Source: the human T2T-CHM13v2.0 reference genome, Homo sapiens. Taken from it: DNA of 64,000 bases. The notes below the pieces were generated by a model. That model ran no database searches. It saw only the letters and a program-made list of their open reading frames with translations, and was not told the origin of the DNA. Where the stretch lies: NCBI RefSeq assembly GCF_009914755.1, contig NC_060939.1; one strand, written 5' to 3'. Both the position numbers and the translations under genes were made by a program. Of this stretch, positions 53,799-64,000 are shown in pieces (position 1 is the stretch's first letter; every line of letters starts with the position of its first letter).

Positions 53799-56700
53799 TC
53801 ATGCGATTCCATTCGAAATCGAATCAATTACATTGCAAACCATTACTATTGAGTCCGTTTTATTCCAGTCCACTGCATTCTGGTCCATTCCATTTGATTC
53901 CATTCCATTCTATTCCATTCCATACAGTTGCATTCCATTGGATTCCATGCTATATCTATAAATTCAATTCGAGACCATTGCTTTTGAGTCCATTCTATAT
54001 GATTCCATTCCATTCAAGTCCATTACATTTGGTTCAATTCCATTCCATTCCATTCCCTTCCATTCCATTCCATTTGATATCAATCCATTCGATTCCATTC
54101 CATTCGAGCACATTCCATTCGAGTCCATTCCATTCGATGCCATTCCATTTGATTCTATTCCATTAGTCTCCATTCAATTCCATTAATCTCCATTCCATTC
54201 CATTCTACTCCTACTGATTCCATTCCAATCTATTCCTTTCCATTCCATTTCATTCCATTCCATTCCATTTCATTCCATTCCATTCCATTCGTGTCCATTC
54301 CACTCCAGTCCATTCCATTCGTGTCCATTCCATTCCAGTCCATTCCATTTGTGTCCACTGCATTCCATTCCACTCCATTCCATATTATTCCATTACACTC
54401 CATTCCATTCTATTACTTTCATTTCCATTCAATTCCATTCCATTTGATTCCATTCCACTCGGTTTCATTCCATTTGAGTCCCCTCCACTCCATTCCATTC
54501 CATTCCATTCCATTCAGTTCCATTCCATTCTGTTCCATTCCATTCCGTTCCATTGCATTCCATTCCATTCGGTACCATTCCATATTGTTCCATTCGATTC
54601 CATTCGAATCCATTCCATTCCAGTCCATTCCATTCGATTCCATTCCATTCCTTTCAATTCCATTCCATTCCATTCCATTCCACTTGATTCCACTCCATTC
54701 CCTTCCACTGCATTCCATTGCATTGCATTCCATTCCATTGGACTGCATTCCATTCGATTCCATTCCATTCGAATCAATTACATAGCATTCCATTACATTC
54801 GAGTCTATTCTATTCCGTTACATTCGATTTCGTTCCAATCCATTCGATTCCATTCCATTCGATTCCATTCCATACTATTGCATTCCATTCTATTACATTA
54901 TATTCGAATAAGTTCCATTCAAGACCATTTCTTTTGAGTCCATTCTATTTGAGTCCATTCCCTTTGATTCCATAACATTTGAGTCCATTCAATTCCATTC
55001 CTTTCGTTTCCTTTCCATTTGATGCCATTCCATTCAATTCTGTTCTACTCGACTCCAATACATTCAATTCCATTCCATCCGATTCCATTACATTCTTTTC
55101 ATTTCTTATCCATTTCAAGCCATTCCACTCCATTCCATTCCACTCGTTTCCTTTCCATTCGAGTCCATTCCTCTCCAGTCCATTCCGTTCAATCCATTCC
55201 ATTCCAGTCCATTCCATTCGAGTCCGTTCCATTCCAGTCCATTCCATTCGAGTCAATTCCATTCCATTCGATGTCTTTCCATAACGATCCATTCCATTCT
55301 ATTCCTTTCGATTCCATTCCATTCTATTTCATTCCATTCGATTCCCTTCCATTGGACTCCTTTCCATTCGAGTGCATTCCATTCCGTTCCATTTCTTTCC
55401 GTTCTGTACGATTCCTACCGTTCGATTTCATTTTCTTCCAGTCCATTCTTTCGCGTCCATTCCATTCCATTTCACTCCATTCGATTCCATTCCACTCGAT
55501 TCCACTTCGTTCCATTTCATTGCATTCCATTCTATTCAACTCTATTGCCTTTCATTCCATTCCATTCGATTACATTCCATGCGATTCCATTCGAAATCGA
55601 ATCAATTACATTGCAATCCATTACTATTGAGTCCGTTTTATTCCAGTCCACTGCATTCTGGTCCATTCCATTTGAATCCATTCCATTCTATTCCATTCCA
55701 TACAGTTGCATTCCATTGGATTCCATGCTATATCTATAAATTCAATTCGAGACCATTGCTTTTGAGTCCATTCTATATGATTCCATTCCATTCAAGTCCA
55801 TTACATTTGGTTCAATTCCATTCCATTCGGTTCAATTCCATTCCATTCCATTCCCTTCCATTCCATTCCAGTTGATATCAATCCATTCGATTCCATTCCA
55901 TTCGAGCACATTCCATTCGAGTCCATTCCATTCGATGCCATTCCATTTGATTCTATTCCATTAGTCTCCTTTCAATTCCATTAATCTCCATTCCATTCCA
56001 TTCTACTCCAACTGATTCCATTCCATTCTATTCCTTTCCATTCCATTTCATTCCATTCCATTCCATTCCATTCGTGTCCATTCCACTCCAGTCCATTCCA
56101 TTCGTATCCATTCCATTCCAGTCCATTCCATTTGTGTCCACTGCATTCCATTCCACTCCATTCCATATTATTCCATTACACTCCATTCCATTCTATTACT
56201 TTCATTTCCATTCAATTCCATTCCATTTGATTCCATTCCACTCGGTTTCATTCCATTTGAGTCCACTCCATTCCATTCCATTCCATTCAGTTCCATTCGA
56301 TTCTGTTCCATTCCATTCCGTTCCGTTACATTCCATTCCATTCGGTACCATTCCATATTGTTCCATTCGATTCCATTCGAATCCGTTCCATTCCAGTCCA
56401 TTCCATTCGATTCCATTCCATTCATTTCAATTCCATTCCATTCCATTCCATTACATTCCACTTGATTCCTCTCCATTCCCTTCCACTGCATTCCGTTCGA
56501 TTCCATTCCATTGCATTGCATTCCATTCCATTGGATTGCATTCCATTCGATTCCATTCCATTCGAATCAATTACATAGCAATCCATTACATTCGAGTCTA
56601 TTCTCTTCCGTTCCATTCGATTTCGTTCCAATCCATTCGATTCCATTCCATTCGATTCCATTCCATACTATTGCATTCCATTCGATTACATTATATTCGA

Positions 56701-59015
56701 ATAAGTTCCATTCAAGACCATTTCTTTTGAGTCCATTCTATTTGAGTCCATTCCCTTTGATTCCATAACATTTGAGTCCATTCAATTCCATTCCTTTCGT
56801 TTCCATTCCATTTGATGCCATTCCATTCAATTCGGTTCTACTCGACTCCAATACATTCAATTCCATTCCATCCGATTCCATTACATTCTTTTCATTTCTT
56901 ATCCATTTCAAGCCATTCCACTCCATTCCATTCCACTCGTTTCCTTTCCATTCGAGTCCATTCCTCTCCAGTCCATTCCGTTCAATCCATTCCATTCCAG
57001 TCCATTCCATTCGAGTCCGTTCCATTCCAGTCCATTCCATTCGAGTCAATTCCATTCCATTCGATGTCTTTCCATAACGATCCATTCCATTCTATTACTT
57101 TCGATTCCATTCCATTCTATTTCATTCCATTCGATTCCCTTCCATTGGACTCCTTTCCATTCGAGTGCATTCCATTCCGTTCCATTTCTTTCCGTTCTGT
57201 ACGATTCCTACCGTTCGATTTCATTTTGTTCCAGTCCATTCCTTTCGCGTCCATTCCATTCCATTTCACTCCATTCGATTCCATTCCACTCGATTCCACT
57301 TCGTTCCATTTCATTGCATTCCATTCTATTCAACTCTATTGCCTTCCATTCCATTCCATTCGATTACATTCCATGCGATTCCATTCGAAATCGAATCAAT
57401 TACATTGCAAACCATTACTATTGAGTCCGTTTTATTCCAGTCCACTGCATTCTGGTCCATTCCATTTGATTCCATTCCATTCTATTCCATTCCATACAGT
57501 TGCATTCCATTGGATTCCATGCTATATCTATAAATTCAATTCGAGACCATTGCTTTTGAGTCCATTCTATATGATTCCATTCCATTCAAGTCCATTACAT
57601 TTGGTTCAATTCCATTCCATTCCATTCCCTTTCATTCCATTCCATTTGATATCAATCCATTCTATTCCATTCCATTCGAGCACATTCCATTCGAGTCCAT
57701 TCCATTCGATGCCATTCCATTTGATTCTATTCCATTAGTCTCCATTCAATTCCATTAATCTCCATTCCATTCCATTCTACTCCAACTGATTCCATTCCAT
57801 TCTATTCCTTTCCATTCCATTTCATTCCATTCCATTCCATTTCATTCCATTCCATTCCATTCGTGTCCATTCCACTCCAGTCCATTCCATTCGTGTCCAT
57901 TCCATTCCAGTCCATTCCATTTGTGTCCACTGCATTCCATTCCACTCCATTCCATATTATTCCATTACACTCCATTCCATTCTATTACTTTCATTTCCAT
58001 TCAATTCCATTCCATTTGATTGCATTCCACTCGGTTTCATTCCATTTGAGTCCACTCCATTCCATTCCATTCCATTCCATTCAGTTCCATTCCATTCCGT
58101 TCCATTACATTCCATTCCATTCGGTACCATTCCATATTGTTCCATTCGATTCCATTCGAATCCATTCCATTCCAGTCCATTCCATTCGATTCCATTCCAT
58201 TCATTTCAATTCCATTCCATTCCATTCCATTCCATTCCACTTGATTCCTCTCCATTCCCTTCCACTGCATTCCGTTCGATTCCATTCCATTGCATTGCAT
58301 TCCATTCCATTGGATTGCATTCCATTCGATTCCATTCCATTCGAATCAATTACATAGCAATCCATTACATTCGAGTCTATTCTCTTCCGTTCCATTCGAT
58401 TTCGTTCCAATCCATTCGATTCCATTCCATTCGATTCCATTCCATACTATTGCATTCCATTCGATTACATTATATTCGAATAAGTTCCATTCAAGACCAT
58501 TTCTTTTGAGTCCATTCTATTTGAGTCCATTCCCTTTGATTCCATAACATTTGAGTCCATTCAATTCCATTCCTTTCGTTTCCATTCCATTTGATGCCAT
58601 TCCATTCAATTCTGTTCTACTCGACTCCAATACATTCAATTCCATTCCATCCGATTCCATTACATTCTTTTCATTTCTTATCCATTTCAAGCCATTCCAC
58701 TCCATTCCATTCCACTCGTTTCCTTTCCATTCGAGTCCATTCCTCTCCAGTCCATTCCGTTCAATCCATTCCATTCCAGTCCATTCCATTCGAGTCCGTT
58801 CCATTCCAGTCCATTCCATTCGAGTCAATTCCATCCCATTCGATGTCTTTCCATAACGATCCATTCCATTCTATTCCTTTCGATTCCATTCCATTCTATT
58901 TCATTCCATTCGATTCCCTTCCATTGGACTCCTTTCCATTCGAGTGCATTCCATTCCGTTCCATTTCTTTCCGTTCTGTACGATTCCTACCGTTCGATTT
59001 CATTTTGTTCCAGTC

Positions 59016-60256
59016 CATTCCTTTCGCGTCCATTCCATTCCATTTCACTCCATTCGATTCCATTCCACTCGATTCCACTTCGTTCCATTTCATTGCATTC
59101 CATTCTATTCAACTCTATTGCCTTCCATTCCATTCCATTCGATTACATTCCATGCGATTCCATTCGAAATCGAATCAATTACATTGTATTCCATTACTAT
59201 TGTGTCCGTTTTATTCCAGTCCACTGCATTCTGGTCCATTCCATTTGATTCCATTCCATTCTATTCCATTCCATACAGTTGCATTCCATTGAACTCCATT
59301 GTATATCTATAAATTCAATTCGAGACCATTGCTTTTGAGTCCATTCTATATGATTCCATTCCATTCAAGTCCATTACATTTGGTTCAATTCCATTCCATT
59401 CCATTCCCTTCCATTCCATTCCAGTTGATATCAATCCATTCGATTCCATTCCATTCGAGCACATTCCATTCGAGTCCATTCCATTCGATGCCATTCCATT
59501 TGATTCTATTCCATTAGTCTCCATTCAATTCCATTAATCTCCATTCCATTCCATTCTACTCCAACTGATTCCATTCCATTCTATTCCTTTCCATTCCATT
59601 TCATTCCATTCCATTCCATTTCATTCCATTCCATTCCATTCCATTCCATTCGCTTCCATTCCATTCGTGTCCATTGCATTCCAGTCCATTCCATTTGTGT
59701 CCACTGCATTCCATTCCACTCCATTCCATATTATTCCATTACACTCCATTCCATTCTATTACTTTCATTTCCATTGAATTCCATTCCATTTGATTCCATT
59801 CCACTCGGTTTCATTCCATTTGAGTCCACTCCACTCCATTCCATTCCATTCCATTCCATTCAGTTCCATTCCATTCTGTTCCATTCCATTCCGTTCCATT
59901 GCATTCCATTCCATTCGGTACCATTCCATATTGTTCCATTCGATTCCATTCGAATCCATTCCATTCCAGTCCATTCCATTCGATTCCATTCCATTCCTTT
60001 CAATTCCATTCCATTCCATTCCATTCCACTTGATTCCACTCCATTCCCTTCCACTGCATTCCATTGCATTGCATTCCATTCCATTGGACTGCATTCCATT
60101 CGATTCCATTCCATTCGAATCAATTACATAGCAATCCATTACATTCGAGTCTATTCTATTCTGTTCCATTCGATTTCGTTCCAATCCATTCGATTCCATT
60201 CCATTCGATTCCATTCCATACTATTGCATTCCATTCTATTACATTATATTCGAATA
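59016..60256 (+). repeat. Divergent type C unit segment, copy 2
   Basis: The same variant cluster lies exactly 26926 bp downstream (59291, 59651, EcoRI at 59776). The KpnI site is intact here. Confidence 0.85.
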
Positions 60257-63200
60257 AGTTCCATTCAAGACCATTTCTTTTGAGTCCATTCTATTTGAGT
60301 CCATTCCCTTTGATTCCATAACATTTGAGTCCATTCAATTCCATTCCTTTCGTTTCCTTTCCATTTGATGCCATTCCATTCAATTCTGTTCTACTCGACT
60401 CCAATACATTCAATTCCATTCCATCCGATTCCATTACATTCTTTTCATTTCTTATCCATTTCAAGCCATTCCACTCCATTCCATTCCACTCGTTTCCTTT
60501 CCATTCGAGTCCATTCCTCTCCAGTCCATTCCGTTCAATCCATTCCATTCCAGTCCATTCCATTCGAGTCCGTTCCATTCCAGTCCATTCCATTCGAGTC
60601 AATTCCATCCCATTCGATGTCTTTCCGTAACGATCCATTCCATTCTATTAATTTCGATTCCATTCCATTCTATTTCATTCCATTCGATTCCCTTCCATTG
60701 GACTCCTTTCCATTCGAGTGCATTCCATTCCGTTCCATTTCTTTCCGTTCTGTACGATTCCTACCGTTCGATTTCATTTTGTTCCAGTCCATTCTTTCGC
60801 GTCCATTCCATTCCATTTCACTCCATTCGATTCCATTCCACTCGATTCCACTTCGTTCCATTTCATTGCATTCCATTCTATTCAACTCTATTGCCTTTCA
60901 TTCCATTCCATTCGATTACATTCCATGCGATTCCATTCGAAATCGAATCAATTACATTGCAATCCATTACTATTGAGTCCGTTTTATTCCAGTCCACTGC
61001 ATTCTGGTCCATTCCATTTGAATCCATTCCATTCTATTCCATTCCATACAGTTGCATTCCATTGGATTCCATGCTATATCTATAAATTCAATTCGAGACC
61101 ATTGCTTTTGAGTCCATTCTATATGATTCCATTCCATTCAAGTCCATTACATTTGGTTAAATTCCATTCCATTCGGTTCAATTCCATTCCATTCCATTCC
61201 CTTCCATTCCATTCCAGTTGATATCAATCCATTCGATTCCATTCCATTCGAGCACATTCCATTCGAGTCCATTCCATTCGATGCCATTCCATTTGATTCT
61301 ATTCCATTAGTCTCCATTCAATTCCATTAATCTCCATTCCATTCCATTCTACTCCAACTGATTCCATTCCATTCTGTTCCTTTCCATTCCATTTCATTCC
61401 ATTCCATTGCATTCCATTCCATTCCATTCCATTCGTGTCCATTCCACTCCAGTCCATTCCATTCGTATCCATTCCATTCCAGTCCATTCCATTTGTGTCC
61501 ACTGCATTCCATTCCACTCCATTCCATATTATTCCATTACACTCCATTCCATTCTATTACTTTCATTTCCATTCAATTCCATTCCATTTGATTCCATTCC
61601 ACTCGGTTTCATTCCATTTGAGTCCACTCCATTCCATTCCATTCCATTCAGTTCCATTCGATTCTGTTCCATTCCATTCCGTTCCGTTACATTCCATTCC
61701 ATTCGGTACCATTCCATATTGTTCCATTCGATTCCATTCGAATCCGTTCCATTCCAGTCCATTCCATTCGATTCCATTCCATTCATTTCAATTCCATTCC
61801 ATTCCATTCCATTACATTCCACTTGATTCCTCTCCATTCCCTTCCACTGCATTCCGTTCGATTCCATTCCATTGCATTGCATTCCATTCCATTGGATTGC
61901 ATTCCATTCGATTCCATTCCATTCGAATCAATTACATAGCAATCCATTACATTCGAGTCTATTCTCTTCCGTTCCATTCGATTTCGTTCCAATCCATTCG
62001 ATTCCATTCCATTCGATTCCATTCCATACTATTGCATTCCATTCGATTACATTATATTCGAATAAGTTCCATTCAAGACCATTTCTTTTGAGTCCATTCT
62101 ATTTGAGTCCATTCCCTTTGATTCCATAACATTTGAGTCCATTCAATTCCATTCCTTTCGTTTCCATTCCATTTGATGCCATTCCATTCAATTCTGTTCT
62201 ACTCGACTCCAATACATTCAATTCCATTCCATCCGATTCCATTACATTCTTTTCATTTCTTATCCATTTCAAGCCATTCCACTCCATTCCATTCCACTCG
62301 TTTCCTTTCCATTCGAGTCCATTCCTCTCCAGTCCATTCCGTTCAATCCATTCCATTCCAGTCCATTCCATTCGAGTCCGTTCCATTCCAGTCCATTCCA
62401 TTCGAGTCAATTCCATTCCAATCGATGTCTTTCCATAACGATCCATTCCATTCTATTCCTTTCGATTCCATTCCATTCTATTTCATTCCATTCGATTCCC
62501 TTCCATTGGACTCCTTTCCATTCGAGTGCATTCCATTCCGTTCCATTTCTTTCCGTTCTGTACGATTCCTACCGTTCGATTTCATTTTCTTCCAGTCCAT
62601 TCTTTCGCGTCCATTCCATTCCATTTCACTCCATTCGATTCCATTCCACTCGATTCCACTTCGTTCCATTTCATTGCATTCCATTCTATTCAACTCTATT
62701 GCCTTCCATTCCATTCCATTCGATTACATTCCATGCGATTCCATTCGAAATCGAATCAATTACATTGCAATCCATTACTATTGAGTCCGTTTTATTCCAG
62801 TCCACTGCATTCTGGTCCATTCCATTTGATTCCATTCCATTCTATTCCATTCCATACAGTTGCATTCCATTGGATTCCATGCTATATCTATAAATTCAAT
62901 TCGAGACCATTGCTTTTGAGTCCATTCTATATGATTCCATTCCATTCAAGTCCATTACATTTGGTTCAATTCCATTCCATTCGGTTCAATTCCATTCCAT
63001 TCCATTCCCTTCCATTCCATTCCAGTTGATATCAATCCATTCAATTCCATTCCATTCGAGCACATTCCATTCGAGTCCATTCCATTCGATGCCATTCCAT
63101 TTGATTCTATTCCATTAGTCTCCATTCAATTCCATTAATCTCCATTCCATTCCATTCTACTCCAACTGATTCCATTCCATTCTATTCCTTTCCATTCCAT

Positions 63201-64000
63201 TTCATTCCATTCCATTCCATTGCATTCCATTCCATTCCATTCCATTCGTGTCCATTCCACTGCAGTCCATTCCATTCGTATCCATTCCATTCCAGTCCAT
63301 TCCATTTGTGTCCACTGCATTCCATTCCACTCCATTCCATATTATTCCATTACACTCCATTCCATTCTATTACTTTCATTTCCATTCAATTCCATTCCAT
63401 TTGATTCCATTCCACTCGGTTTCATTCCATTTGAGTCCACTCCATTCCATTCCATTCCATTCAGTTCCATTCCATTCTGTTCCATTCCATTCCGTTCCAT
63501 TACATTCCATTCCATTCGGTACCATTCCATATTGTTCCATTCGATTCCATTCGAATCCATTCCATTCCAGTCCATTCCATTCGATTCCATTCCATTCATT
63601 TCAATTCCATTCCATTCCATTCCATTACATTCCACTTGATTCCTCTCCATTCCCTTCCACTGCATTCCGTTCGATTCCATTCCATTGCATTGCATTCCAT
63701 TCCATTGGATTGCATTCCATTCGATTCCATTCCATTCGAATCAATTACGTAGCAATCCATTACATTCGAGTCTATTCTCTTCCGTTCCATTCGATTTCGT
63801 TCCAATCCATTCGATTCCATTCCATTCGATTCCATTCCATACTATTGCATTCCATTCGATTACATTATATTCGAATAAGTTCCATTCAAGACCATTTCTT
63901 TTGAGTCCATTCTATTTGAGTCCATTCCCTTTGATTCCATAACATTTGAGTCCATTCAATTCCATTCCTTTCGTTTCCATTCCATTTGATGCCATTCCAT

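Larger units (their letters stand above)
1..64000 (+). repeat. Human Satellite III (HSat3) tandem array of diverged (CATTC)n with ~1.8 kb higher-order unit
   Basis: CATTC/CCATT pentamers dominate throughout, including long pure runs typical of HSat3 rather than the CATTCGATTC-dominated HSat2. The same anchor recurs 36 times (724, 2537, 4349, 6162, 7970 ... 61872, 63685) at spacings of 1774-1823 bp. The orientation is the same end to end and the array runs off both window edges. Confidence 0.98.
1..64000 (+). repeat. D15Z1: Probable D15Z1 / HSat3A5-type array (chr15 short-arm heterochromatin)
   Basis: One KpnI site (GGTACC) per ~1.8 kb unit (557, 2370, ...). D15Z1 is classically described as a 1.8 kb KpnI Sat III repeat. 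The assignment rests on established knowledge and was not aligned; related arrays on other acrocentric chromosomes cannot be excluded. Confidence 0.7.

Noticed and set aside
211-63942. Hundreds of ORFs (60-308 aa) on both strands, e.g. the 218 aa MSIPLQ... and 308 aa MMPFHS... frames
   Set aside because: Pure (CATTC)n and (GAATG)n contain no stop codon in any frame and translate to HSIPF/MEWNG repeats. The ORFs overlap in all frames, are freely frameshifted between units by 1 and 5 bp indels, often start at GTG/TTG, and show no recognisable domain.
1-64000. CRISPR-like repeat-spacer array or other prokaryotic defence system
   Set aside because: There are no unique spacers between constant repeats, no cas-like or other real genes, and the whole unit is repeated.
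1-64000. HSat2 (chr1/chr16) or Y-chromosome DYZ1 identity
   Set aside because: Long pure CATTC runs and the lack of dominant CATTCGATTC/ATGATG words argue against HSat2. The 1.8 kb period with near-identical adjacent units and only rare EcoRI sites argues against the ~3.6 kb DYZ1 unit.
1-64000. Embedded Alu/L1/other insertion, inversion or array boundary
   Set aside because: All 35 anchor spacings fall within 1774-1823 bp, leaving no room for an insertion, and no GGAAT-strand segment appears on the + strand.

Overview
The whole 64 kb window is one uninterrupted, single-orientation tandem array of human/hominoid Satellite III (HSat3). It consists of diverged (CATTC)n pentamers on the + strand and (GGAAT)n on the - strand. 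The pentamers are organised into ~35.6 copies of a ~1.8 kb unit (anchor-to-anchor spacings 1774-1823 bp, mean ~1799 bp). Each unit carries one KpnI site (lost in one copy), one EcoRV site and one CGCG. A 1.8 kb KpnI-cut Sat III unit matches the classic description of D15Z1 (HSat3A5-type, chr15 short arm); this assignment comes from recall, not from an alignment. I see no genes, RNA genes, transposon insertions, CRISPR arrays or inversions, and the ORF track is an artefact of pentamer translation (HSIPF / MEWNG). I found no evidence of a new coding system. The notable content is structural. (i) The 1.8 kb unit is itself an ancient dimer, with an 827-828 bp offset. (ii) Units fall into three length classes fixed by single-base indels. 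(iii) There are distinct unit haplotypes (A, B and a divergent C) with chimeric junctions. (iv) There are nested duplications at 1, 3, 4 and ~13-15 unit scales, including a near-exact 5386 bp trimer tandem duplication. Units are numbered 1-36 by the recurring 'ttgcattgcattcc' anchor at 724, 2537, 4349 ... 63685. All comparisons were made by eye.
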